From positions 80,438 through 144,437 of the forward strand of contig CAWJPY010000004.1 in the NCBI GenBank assembly GCA_963844865.1: DNA of 64,000 nucleotides, read 5' to 3'. This document shows positions 1-9,290 of the stretch, in pieces. Origin of the DNA: an uncultured Holophagae bacterium (GTDB lineage: Bacteria > Acidobacteriota > Thermoanaerobaculia > Thermoanaerobaculales > Sulfomarinibacteraceae). Position 1 is the first letter of the stretch. Each line of letters begins with the position of its first letter. The notes under the pieces are model-generated. The model was not told where the DNA came from. It was given only the letters and a program-made list of their open reading frames with translations, and did no database searches. Position numbers and translations under genes: made by a program.

Positions 1-46
1 CCATGACAGAACAACGGTGTGTCATTGGGAGCGGTACACTCGAAGC

Positions 47-1123
47 ATGCTCTCGGTCGGCATCATCGGCCTGCCCAACGTGGGCAAATCGACCCTGTTC
101 AACGCCCTGACCGCCGGTCACGCCGAGGTCTCCAACTACCCCTTCACCACCATCGCCAGCAACCTGGGCGTGGTGGCGGTCCCCGACCCCCGCCTGGAGC
201 GGCTCCGCGAGGCGCTCCAGCCGGAGAAGACCACCCCCTGCGCCGTCCGCTTCATCGACATCGCCGGCCTGGTGGCCGGGGCGAGCCGCGGCGAGGGGCT
301 GGGCAACCAGTTTCTGGGCGAGATCCGCCAGACCGACGCCATCGCCCACGTGGTGCGCTGCTTCGGCAAGGCCGACGTCGCCCACGTCTTCGCCGACGTC
401 GACCCGGTGCGGGACGTGGAGGTGGTCGACACCGAGCTCATGCTGGCCGACCTGGAGGTGCTGGGCAGGGCCATCGCCAAGCGCGCCAAGGACTGGCAGA
501 CCCGCCCCCGGGAGCACGCCCCAGAGCGGGAGCGCATGCTGGCCTGGCGGGACAGCCTGGAGCGGGCCGAGCCGCTGCGCCGCCTGGATCTCTGCGCGGA
601 GAACCTGCGCGAGCTCAAGACCGCCGGCCTCCTCACCGGCAAGCCGGTGCTGTACGTGGCCAACGTGGCCGGCGGCCACGGGGATGTCGTGGATCGCCTG
701 CGCGAGCGCGAGCCCCACGCCGAGGTCGTGGCCGTGGACGCCGGGATGGAGCTGGAGCTCGGCCAGATGGACGCTGCCGAGCGGGCCGAGTTCATGGAGG
801 AGCTGGAGATCTCGGAGCCTGGCCTCGACCGCCTGGCCCGCGCGGCCTTCGATCTGCTCGGGTTGATCACGTTCTACACCGTGGTCAAGGGCAAGCTGCA
901 GGCATGGGAGCTGCCCCGCGGCACCGCGGCCCCGGCCGCCGCCGGCAAGGTGCACTCCGACATGGAGCGGGGGTTCATCCGCGCCCAGGTGGTGACGGCC
1001 GAGGAGCTCATCGAGGCGGGTGACGTGCACGAGATCCAGGCCCAAGGCCACGCGAGGACCGTGGGCAGAAGCTACGAGGTGCGGGACGGCGACGTCGTCG
1101 AGTTCCTCTTCACGTCCCCGTAG
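47..1123 (+). CDS. ychF: Redox-regulated ATPase YchF (Obg family)
   Basis: GIIGLPNVGKSTLFNALT, NYPFTTI, DIAGLVAGASRGEGLGNQFL and C-terminal TGS-type AAGKVHSDMERGFIRA; ATG at 47. Confidence 0.95.
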   Translation: MLSVGIIGLPNVGKSTLFNALTAGHAEVSNYPFTTIASNLGVVAVPDPRLERLREALQPEKTTPCAVRFIDIAGLVAGASRGEGLGNQFLGEIRQTDAIAHVVRCFGKADVAHVFADVDPVRDVEVVDTELMLADLEVLGRAIAKRAKDWQTRPREHAPERERMLAWRDSLERAEPLRRLDLCAENLRELKTAGLLTGKPVLYVANVAGGHGDVVDRLREREPHAEVVAVDAGMELELGQMDAAERAEFMEELEISEPGLDRLARAAFDLLGLITFYTVVKGKLQAWELPRGTAAPAAAGKVHSDMERGFIRAQVVTAEELIEAGDVHEIQAQGHARTVGRSYEVRDGDVVEFLFTSP

Positions 1124-1310
1124 CACACTCGTCCGGCGCGCCCTGCACCGCGCGGATCGACCCTATCCCGGCGCCGTCACTCCCGACACTCCAACGCCCC
1201 GCGTCTCGAGGAAGGCGCCACTTGCGTTCCCCTTCCACGTGCTCGAACGTGCACGGACGGCCGGTCTCTCCGATGGGAACCGGAGCCGCCCACTCCCTGG
1301 AGGACCGCGG

Positions 1311-3827
1311 TCACTCTCGCGGTGTCAGCGAGCCCTCGGTGATCCAGTGCTCGAACAGGCGCCGCACCCGGTAGCTGTCGACGGGGAACTCGGCCTCGCA
1401 CTCCGCGGGAGTGGCGCCCTCGGCCGCCTTCAGCCACACGCTCTGGATCAGGTCCAGGTTGGGCTCATCCGCCACCTTGGTGGGCTTGCGCTCGGTAGGA
1501 CGGAAGCGCGCATCGTCGCCGGCCAGGGCGACCGCCCTCATCAGCTCGTCATACCTGCGGATGCCTTCGAACAGGATGGGTTGCACCGCCTTGGGCGCGC
1601 CCTTCTCCATGTTGACGGCCGACTCGTCCTCGCTGTCGGTGAACACGAACCGGCCGAGGATGGGCCGCTCCAGCATCTGGTAGAGGGCGGCCTCCCCTAC
1701 CAGCACGCCCGTGCGCGCGCTGCGGATCATGCCACCGTCGAAGCGGATGGTCGCTGCGGTGACACCGTCCTGGCCGGTCACGGTCAACACTCCGGTGAGC
1801 TGCGAATCCGACATGTTCTGGAGCAGACCGGGGAGCCCGAACAGGGCCAAGTCGCCGGCCAGAGCCGCGGCCGCGGCCGGTTCCTGGGCGGGCGGGGCAC
1901 CCATGCTCTCCAGGGTTCGCCTCGCCGCCATCCCGAAGGGTTGGCTCGGATGCTTGTCCGCCACCTCCTGCAGCACCTTGCGGACCATCGGGGTGTCGGT
2001 GCCGGACAGCGCCTCCACCAGGTGCACCACGCCCTCCGCCTTGCGGCGGGAGCCCACGGACATGCCCAGGAACTTGGTGGGCAGCTCCTCGCGCAGAGCT
2101 CCCACCAGTCGCTGCACCGCCGTTGCGTCGTCGCTCAGGTCGACACCGGCCAGCTTGCCGAGCCTGGCCAGGGTGTTACCGAGCTGCGGCTGCCGCTTCA
2201 GGCCGTGGACCACCACGCACCGGCGCCCCTCCATCGTCCCGGTCCTGGCAAGCATGGTGAGCGCTGTGTCGAGCAGTGACTGCACCTCCTCCGGGGTGTG
2301 GGGCATCTCGCGGCCGGAAACGAGCGCCTCCTCGAGGTCGTTCACGCGCGCCATGAGGGTCCGCACCACCCGGTCGTGATGAAGCTGGCCCATGGTCGCC
2401 AGCGCCTCGCGGATGAGGGGCAGGGGGTTGTCGGGCTCGGAGGTCCGCACCAGGACGTCCATCTCCCTGTCGAGGGAAGCATCCTCGGGACGGGGGATGG
2501 TCCTCATGAGGTACACCAGGTTGCGCTCCAGAAACCAGGGAAACGCGCGTTCGCCTTGGCCCGCCTCGAAGAGAGCATCCACCGCCGCCGCCCGGGCCGG
2601 GGGGCCCTGGGCGCTCAGGAGCTGCAGGAGCAGCCGGCGGCGGTCTCGGCTGGTCTCGTCCTCCAGCTGGATGAAGAGCTCGGAAGGCTCGAGCTGGGGG
2701 AAGAAGCCCATGACTCGACGGAACAGGTAGTGGAGGTCCTGGGAGTCCGCGCAGCGCCGGAGCTGGGCCTCGTCCAGAGCGCCGTACGCCTTGGTGCGAA
2801 CGTTGTTGATGATGGTGGACTCTACCTGCTCATCCTCGATCATGCGCCCGGCCAGATCGAACAGGGTCACCGCCCGGCCCAGGGAGCCGTCGTTGAACTC
2901 CTCCACCGCCGTGGTGACCAGCTCCGTGAACCGCTTGTACTTCTCCTGGCGATCACCGGCCAGGGTCACCAGGCGGTGCATGGCACGCACCGCCCGCTGC
3001 GCCGGCTGCTCGCCCTCCGAGGTCGGCGGGGCCGCCCAATCGGGGAGGCTGCGCCCGAGCATGCGGACGATGCCCTCCTCCAGCACCGGGATGCCGTGGT
3101 TCGCGAGCTGGCCGACCGAACGTTCGAGCTCGGCTGCATCCCGCGCCTCGCTGGCGGCCTCGCTCAGGATGCCCGCTAGCACGGCACCTCCGCTCCCTCC
3201 GCTCGGGCCGGCTGGCGACCCCCCATCGGCGGCCCCTCGAGGCTGTTGGCCGAGGGCGCCCTGGAGCTGGGCCTGACGCTCGAACATGCTCAGCAAGAGG
3301 CCGATGCGGCGGTCCAAGGGGGGCGACTCCTCCGTCACCGTCCTCCCCCCGTCGCCGGGACCCCTCCGGCCGGCCACGGGCTGGGCCATTCCGGCCAGAC
3401 CCAAGTCGCCGCGCCCGACCATCCCACCGTCGTCGTGCCGGACATGCCTGAGGTTGGCGAGGTCCCGGGCGAGCTTGGCCTGCTCCTGCTGCGGGCAGCT
3501 CTCCAGCAGTATCGGCTGCAGGGCCTCGAGGTACATGCGCATGCGCTCCCTGGGCAGGAGCTCGAGCTCAGCGAGAAGGTGCAGCTTCTTCGCGGCGTGG
3601 AAGAGGTAGTCGCTGGTGGTCACCACGTCGCCGACGTGGCTCTGACTGGCGGCCCACCCGAGGACCTCCGCCGCCGCGCCGCGCACGGGAATCTGGAACA
3701 GATCCTCCACGTACTCGACAAAGAGGAGCGGCGGGATGCTGTCCGAGAGATATTGGTGCAGCGCATCGAGCGCCTCAGGCTTGGGCGGCTGGCGGGTTCC
3801 ACTCGAGTTCACGCTGCACAACCTCAA
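1311..3827 (-). CDS. Large helical (HEAT-like) protein with C-terminal DUF4388 domain
   Basis: 838-aa ORF; C-terminal LAGDLALFGLPGLLQNMSDSQLTGVLTV...IRFDGGMI...GEAALYQML...GRFVF fits DUF4388/PatA-N; start uncertain. Confidence 0.7.
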   Translation of the reverse strand: MRLCSVNSSGTRQPPKPEALDALHQYLSDSIPPLLFVEYVEDLFQIPVRGAAAEVLGWAASQSHVGDVVTTSDYLFHAAKKLHLLAELELLPRERMRMYLEALQPILLESCPQQEQAKLARDLANLRHVRHDDGGMVGRGDLGLAGMAQPVAGRRGPGDGGRTVTEESPPLDRRIGLLLSMFERQAQLQGALGQQPRGAADGGSPAGPSGGSGGAVLAGILSEAASEARDAAELERSVGQLANHGIPVLEEGIVRMLGRSLPDWAAPPTSEGEQPAQRAVRAMHRLVTLAGDRQEKYKRFTELVTTAVEEFNDGSLGRAVTLFDLAGRMIEDEQVESTIINNVRTKAYGALDEAQLRRCADSQDLHYLFRRVMGFFPQLEPSELFIQLEDETSRDRRRLLLQLLSAQGPPARAAAVDALFEAGQGERAFPWFLERNLVYLMRTIPRPEDASLDREMDVLVRTSEPDNPLPLIREALATMGQLHHDRVVRTLMARVNDLEEALVSGREMPHTPEEVQSLLDTALTMLARTGTMEGRRCVVVHGLKRQPQLGNTLARLGKLAGVDLSDDATAVQRLVGALREELPTKFLGMSVGSRRKAEGVVHLVEALSGTDTPMVRKVLQEVADKHPSQPFGMAARRTLESMGAPPAQEPAAAAALAGDLALFGLPGLLQNMSDSQLTGVLTVTGQDGVTAATIRFDGGMIRSARTGVLVGEAALYQMLERPILGRFVFTDSEDESAVNMEKGAPKAVQPILFEGIRRYDELMRAVALAGDDARFRPTERKPTKVADEPNLDLIQSVWLKAAEGATPAECEAEFPVDSYRVRRLFEHWITEGSLTPRE

Positions 3828-3928
3828 CTTACAGTCTATCTCAAGTTCGCCGCCGGACGCCGCGGGCAGTTGCCGGACGGCCTTCCTGGGGCTCCTCGGC
3901 GAGCCTCAGCGCACGGCCATGTCAGTCC

Positions 3929-4945
3929 TCAGTCGAACGAGAGGCACACCTTGCCGAGGTGGGCACCGCTCTTCATGTACCGGAAGGCCGCGGGTGCATC
4001 GCTGAAGGGGAAGACTCGATCCACCACGGGTCGCATCTGGTTGCTCGAGATCGCCCGATTCATGGACTCGAAGCTCTCGCGACAGCCCACCAACAGGCCC
4101 TGCAGACGAACGCCCTGCATCAGAATCGGGAGCACACTGAGCCGGCTGGCGGCCCCGGAGAGGGCGCCGATGATGCTGATGGATCCTCCGATGCGAACCG
4201 CCCGCAGGGACTGCTCCAGGGTTCCCGCGCCTCCGACCTCGACCACGTGATCGACTCCCACGCCGTGGGCCAGCTTGTGGGCCGTCTTCCCCCAGCCGTC
4301 GTCCTCGCGGTAGTTGATCTCCTGCCAGCTGCCCAGCTCCCGCACCCGCTGCAGCTTGTCGTCGCTGGACGAGGTGGCGATCACCAGCGCACCGAACATC
4401 CGAGCGAACTGCAGAGCGAAGATGGACACCCCGCCGGTGCCCTGCACGAGGACGATGTCACCGGCCCGCAGCCCGCCGTGCTCCACGAGCGCGTTCCAGG
4501 CCGTGACCCCCGAGCACGGCAGCGTCGCCGCCTCCTCGTCGGAGAGGTGCTCCGGTGGGTGGACGATCCCTTCCTGACCGACCACCATCAGCTCGGCCAG
4601 GGTTCCGTCGTACGGACCTCCCAGGGTGGAGCGCAGTCGGGCTCGCGTCGGCGTTCCCGACACCCAGTCGTGGAAGAAGGTGGTCGCGACACGATCCCCG
4701 ACCCGAGCCCGGGTCACCCCGTCCCCCACCTCCACAACCTCGCCCACACCATCGGAGCAGGGGATGAGGGGGAGGGGCTGCTTGGGGTTGTAGGTCCCCT
4801 CCACGGTCATGATGTCCCGGTAGTTGAGGGACGCGGCCCGCATCCGGATCAGCACCTGGTCGGCTCCCGGACGGGGATCGGCACGCTCCGCCGGCTTGAG
4901 GTTGTCCAGGCCGAACTCACCCTGTATCTCGAACACCTTCATCAC
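3929..4945 (-). CDS. NAD(P)-dependent medium-chain dehydrogenase/reductase (zinc-type ADH-like)
   Basis: AASLNYRD, PCSDGVGEV, TLPCSGVTAWNAL, QGTGGVS, DHVVEVGG, HLGKV motifs. Confidence 0.9.
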   Translation of the reverse strand: MMKVFEIQGEFGLDNLKPAERADPRPGADQVLIRMRAASLNYRDIMTVEGTYNPKQPLPLIPCSDGVGEVVEVGDGVTRARVGDRVATTFFHDWVSGTPTRARLRSTLGGPYDGTLAELMVVGQEGIVHPPEHLSDEEAATLPCSGVTAWNALVEHGGLRAGDIVLVQGTGGVSIFALQFARMFGALVIATSSSDDKLQRVRELGSWQEINYREDDGWGKTAHKLAHGVGVDHVVEVGGAGTLEQSLRAVRIGGSISIIGALSGAASRLSVLPILMQGVRLQGLLVGCRESFESMNRAISSNQMRPVVDRVFPFSDAPAAFRYMKSGAHLGKVCLSFD

Positions 4946-5126
4946 ATCACCTCCATCTGCCCGTCCTCGTTCGGCCTTCCACCGGAGCGGCCGATGATAT
5001 CAGCTCTTTCACCCCCATCCGGAGCTCTCCGCACCGTCATCACCTCCGAGCACGGCGATGATCGTGTCGATCGCCCCACTCCCGCGGGCAGCGCCCGAAG
5101 GCGGAGTCGCAGACCTTGCCGGCGCA

Positions 5127-5156
5127 TTGACATCCTCGCTGATTCAACCGTATTCT
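5127..5156 (+). promoter_or_regulatory. Sigma70-type promoter
   Basis: TTGACA (5127-5132), 18-bp spacer, TATTCT (5151-5156), followed by an AT-rich tract and the ATG at 5173. Confidence 0.55.
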
Positions 5157-5172
5157 ATTTTAGTTATATCCA

Positions 5173-5350
5173 ATGTCCGTAACGGGACCGGCCATGCCGG
5201 GAAAGCCCGCCGATACAGCACATGCCGCTGCCAGAGGGGCACGCACCTACCTGTGGCGGCCGGTGGAGATCGTGCGCAGCTACCGGCGGCGCGACCTGTC
5301 GCCGGACCTGATCGCCGGAGTGACGGTGGCCGCGGTGGCGATACCACGTG
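5173..5350 (+). pseudogene. N-terminal remnant of a SulP (SLC26) anion transporter
   Basis: RSYRRRDLSPDLIAGVTVAAVAIP matches the SulP N-terminus (Y..DL.AG.TV....IPQ); similarity stops at about 5347. Confidence 0.65.
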
Positions 5351-5405
5351 ACCTGGGTCAAGAGCCGCCGCGGTGGCGCGAGGGCGCTCCCCGGGCCGCG
5401 CCGGC

Positions 5406-6479
5406 TCAGGCGGTCGGGCGCTGGTACATGGTGTAGGCGCGGGTCACGACGGCGTGACCGTGGTCATAGCGCTGGGGTGGTGACAGCGGCGCCATCAAGC
5501 AGTGATTCACCGTCTTCTGCCCGTCCGCCATGGCCCGTCGGTAGAGCTCGGCGGTGATCGCCTGGCCCAGGCCGTAGCCGTGCTGGTCGGGGAGGATGGC
5601 GATGGTCCGGATGTTCAGGGTGTCCTCGGGCTGGGACACGGCGAGGCCCAGACCCACCACCTCGCCCTTGGGGGCGAGGGCGAGGACGATCTGCCCCGGA
5701 CCCACCCGGCGCAGCCACCGGGCATAGATGTCGCAGAACTCCTCCTCGGTCGTGTCGGTGACGCACCAGCTGGTGGCGAAGGAGTGGCCACAGAGCACGT
5801 ACAGCCGTTTCAGCTCGCCCTTCCAGTCGTCGCGATCGAAGCTGCGGAAGGTGTATCCCCGCCGCTGGTTGAGCGCCGCGGCGGTGGCGAAACGCTCGAG
5901 CTGGCCCGGCAGGTCGTCGATGCGCTTCGTGGTGTACGTCCGGACGGGCGAGAAGCCCGCCTCGACGAAGAGCTCGGGGTAGTACTCCGGCTGCCGCGGC
6001 TCGCCGGGGAACGGGGTGGTGTCGAAACCGTGGGTCATGAACCGCCAGCGGTGCCAGATGTCACCGGCCATTGGGCCACGCATCACCCGCACGCCGCGGG
6101 CGGCGAGCCATTCGCCGGCGTGGTTGAGGAGCGACATCGCCACATCGGCGTCGTTGGAGCAGGCGAACAGGCCCACCAGGCCGATGGTCTCGCCCCGCTC
6201 CACGAGCTGCCGGTTGTGGAAGGCGGTGATGCGCCCCGCGGGCTGCTCCTCGCGGTACGCAACGAAGCTCCTCGCCTCGGCGTTGCGGTGGTACGAGTTG
6301 CGCTCGTCCAGCAGGGCCCGGGTACCGGCGCGCTCGGCATCGGCCTGCTCCGCGGTCAAGCCCTCGACGTGCTCAGGCAACGCCAGAAAGTCCGACGCGG
6401 GATCGTCGAGATGTGTGAACGAAACGACCCGAAGCGCTCCAGAAGCATCGTTGCGGTGGTGGGAGGCGGGCAGGGTCAT
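5406..6479 (-). CDS. GNAT-family N-acetyltransferase (tandem GNAT, YghO-like)
   Basis: GRITAF...VGLFAC...MRGP...PEYYPELF...GF and C-terminal ILPDQHGYGLG acetyl-CoA motif. Confidence 0.7.
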   Translation of the reverse strand: MTLPASHHRNDASGALRVVSFTHLDDPASDFLALPEHVEGLTAEQADAERAGTRALLDERNSYHRNAEARSFVAYREEQPAGRITAFHNRQLVERGETIGLVGLFACSNDADVAMSLLNHAGEWLAARGVRVMRGPMAGDIWHRWRFMTHGFDTTPFPGEPRQPEYYPELFVEAGFSPVRTYTTKRIDDLPGQLERFATAAALNQRRGYTFRSFDRDDWKGELKRLYVLCGHSFATSWCVTDTTEEEFCDIYARWLRRVGPGQIVLALAPKGEVVGLGLAVSQPEDTLNIRTIAILPDQHGYGLGQAITAELYRRAMADGQKTVNHCLMAPLSPPQRYDHGHAVVTRAYTMYQRPTA

Positions 6480-6745
6480 CGGTCATCTCCTCTCTCGTTG
6501 GTTGGGGCGTCGGCGCGCTCCCACGTCCCGACACGGACAACCGTTCGGGGAGAAGGCGCGCAACGCTGGAGAGCGATTGAGCATCTGAGCAAGTATCATA
6601 TGCGTTGTTCCCCAGAGGGTCAACGGTGCGTCGCACCCGCCAGCTCGGACGGGGCGCCAGGCAACCACGGAGGTCGCCTCCCCGAGGGGGAAGGTGGTAC
6701 AGTCGGCCCCAGCTTCCGCGAACGCCGAAAGCTGGGAGATTTGCC

Positions 6746-7363
6746 ATGAGGAAGACAGCCATGACGTTCACGGTGGTCGCACTCGCCTTGGCCGGCTGCG
6801 CGCGCCACGCCCCAGAGACCGCTTCGGCCCCCTCCGCCGAAGCCTGGCGCCCCGCCTCCGCCGAGGAGCTCGCCGATGGGCTGGCGACCCAGCACGAGCA
6901 GGCGCTCGCTGCCGTCGACACGATGGCCGCGCGGCTCAAGGGGGCGCTCATGGAGGCCCTGGATCGGGGCGGCCCCGCCGAGGCCATCGCGGTGTGCCGG
7001 AGCGTGGCGCCGGCGGTGGCCACGGACGTCGGCCAGGAGTACGGACTGACGATCGGTCGGACGTCCTTCGCCCTGCGCAACCCCGACAACATACCACCGT
7101 CATGGGCGGCCGCCCTGGTCGCGGTCCGTCAGGCCGAGCCCGCCTTCGTGGTCGGCCCGAACGGCGAGCTCGGAGCGCTGCTACCCATCCGGATGGGGTC
7201 GCAGTGCCAGATGTGCCACGGCTCCGCCGAGCACATCAGCGACGAGACACGAGCCATGCTCCGCCGCACCTACCCCGACGACCAGGCCACCGGCTTTGCG
7301 GACGGCGACTTGCGGGGGTGGTTCTGGGCGGTGGTCCCGGCCCAGGCGCCGTCCGAGGGATGA
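6746..7363 (+). CDS. DUF3365 c-type heme lipoprotein
   Basis: Lipobox ALAGC; AIAVC, IGRTSFALRNPDN, CQMCHG, YPDDQATGF..GDLRG. Confidence 0.85.
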   Translation: MRKTAMTFTVVALALAGCARHAPETASAPSAEAWRPASAEELADGLATQHEQALAAVDTMAARLKGALMEALDRGGPAEAIAVCRSVAPAVATDVGQEYGLTIGRTSFALRNPDNIPPSWAAALVAVRQAEPAFVVGPNGELGALLPIRMGSQCQMCHGSAEHISDETRAMLRRTYPDDQATGFADGDLRGWFWAVVPAQAPSEG

Positions 7364-7480
7364 GGACAGATCGCCGGGTGTCTGGAACCAGAGGGCGCGG
7401 ATCGTTGTTACACCTGCCGAGGGTGGCTCGGCCGGAACGCTGCGGGCGTCGTCGGCGGGGCGAACCCGGGAGGTGAGCCC

Positions 7481-7984
7481 ATGAACCCGGACCGACCAGG
7501 AGGGACGAGGCGCGCGGCGATCGGCCTGCTCTCCGCGCTCGTGCTGGGCGTTGCAGCCGGATCCGCCGCCGCCGCGCAGCCGTCAGAGACCAAGGAGTGC
7601 TGCTTCGCCAACTGGCGCTACGCCGGAGGCTGCGTGGTCCGGATCCCCCGGGACCAGGCGTGCACCGATGTCCTGGCGACGCTCAACAACCCGATGTCCA
7701 GGAGCACCGGCTACTGCCGCGACACCGACGTACGCGGCGGCTGGGTGGAGATGAGCTGCACCGAGTCTTCCGGCGTGTACGCCGGCGCACCGACCCGTCT
7801 CGGAACCGAGGAGCCTCCCCTGGAGCTCGCACCCACCGAGCGCAAGCTCCGGCTCCACAGCGAGGAGCCCGGGCCGGGCCTCCAGGCGCGGCAGCCCACC
7901 TATCTCACGCCGGTGGAGCCCCGTGCCCTCACACCGAAGGAGCCTTCCGACGTGCTCCTCGGGCCCAGTCTCCCGGGTTGGTGA
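7481..7984 (+). CDS. Secreted cysteine-rich hypothetical protein
   Basis: GGAGG RBS; signal peptide ending AAAAQ; six-Cys domain then Pro-rich tail. Confidence 0.65.
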   Translation: MNPDRPGGTRRAAIGLLSALVLGVAAGSAAAAQPSETKECCFANWRYAGGCVVRIPRDQACTDVLATLNNPMSRSTGYCRDTDVRGGWVEMSCTESSGVYAGAPTRLGTEEPPLELAPTERKLRLHSEEPGPGLQARQPTYLTPVEPRALTPKEPSDVLLGPSLPGW

Positions 7985-8148
7985 GGTCGCGTCCCAGCCT
8001 GCCCGACCTGCAGGTGGTCAGCCGCTGACGCTGTTCGCCGACGCTGACACCGACCCCTGTTGTCGCCAGTGTCGCCGCGCACGGAGGCACGGAGATGGGG
8101 CGGTCGCAACGTTGCCATGTCTCTCCGGAGCCGGTCACCGGTGACAGG

Positions 8149-8991
8149 CTAACGGCGCGAGGCCTCATCCCCGGTCGCGGCCGCGAGCAGGGCATGCCAG
8201 GTGTCGCGTTCCAGGAAGCTCCCTCTCACGTTGGCCTCCATCTCCCGAAACATCTGGAAGGGCACGGTGAAGCTGAGCAGGTCGTTCCTGCCCACCTGCC
8301 GGGCGATGTAGCGGCGCGCACTGAGATCCGTGAGACCCACGATCGCGTGCGGGTTCTCGTTCGTTGCCTCGCGGTACGCGAAGATGCCGATGGTCTGGCA
8401 GCCGGCCCCATAGGGCATGCGCACGTTGTCGTTGCTCTCCCGATCGTAGTTGGCGAGCACGACGAGGGCCGAGAGGCGATCAGGGTCGACCAGGAAGACC
8501 ACGACCTCGGGCCGCTCGCCGGCGTCCACCTGGTCGAGGGGCTTCAACACCACGTAGCGGCTGGGCACCTCCATCATGGGCAGGGCGTCCACGAACTTCT
8601 TCACCAGCTCGGGGGTCTTGATGTAGCCCTCGCCGTGGAGGACGTTCTCGTACGCCTCCCGGCGAAGCTGCGCGCGGCCCTCCTCGGCCGCCTCCCTGCC
8701 CTCCTCGATGTCCCCGACACCGGTGGAGAGGAAGTGATAGAAGCACTGGATGCCTCCCGGCCAGCTCTCGTACTGGTTGCCGAAGCCGAGACCGACACCG
8801 CCGCCGAGGCAGCCGAACGTGTCGCGGTCAGCGACCGCGGGCCGTCCCTTGGCGGCGCTGGCCAGGAGCCACATGACGCAGCCCCACTTGCCCTCGGCGA
8901 ACTGGATGGCCCCCTCGGGCTTCACGTCTGAGAACAGCACCGCCACCGGTGGAAACGGCGCTCCGATGGCATCGGCGATCGTGCTCTCCAT
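8149..8991 (-). CDS. DUF169 family protein
   Basis: PPVAVLF, GC.GG..GLG, PEVVVFLVDPDRLSALVVLANY, GAGCQ, GLTDLSAR. Confidence 0.8.
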   Translation of the reverse strand: MESTIADAIGAPFPPVAVLFSDVKPEGAIQFAEGKWGCVMWLLASAAKGRPAVADRDTFGCLGGGVGLGFGNQYESWPGGIQCFYHFLSTGVGDIEEGREAAEEGRAQLRREAYENVLHGEGYIKTPELVKKFVDALPMMEVPSRYVVLKPLDQVDAGERPEVVVFLVDPDRLSALVVLANYDRESNDNVRMPYGAGCQTIGIFAYREATNENPHAIVGLTDLSARRYIARQVGRNDLLSFTVPFQMFREMEANVRGSFLERDTWHALLAAATGDEASRR

Positions 8992-9290
8992 GGGTTCGCA
9001 CCTCCGCAGCGACGTTAGCAGACCTGAGGGAGCCGACCCGAGGGATCCGCGACAGCGGCGGCGACAGCGCCAGCGATCAGCTCACATGGGCCGGCGGCCT
9101 TCGAGAGAACGGCACGTCGCGCGGGCGTGCCACCGGTGTCACTTGCCCGCTAAACGGCGGACCGGTTCTGCCTCGCTTCCGGTCGGGAGAGTGTCAACGG
9201 TGGCAACCTCGGCAAAGGCGTCCATCGACCGGCGCGTCGCGAGAGACGTCACTTCGGGTGGGCCAGAGCGGGCCTTCTGCGCGAGAATCC

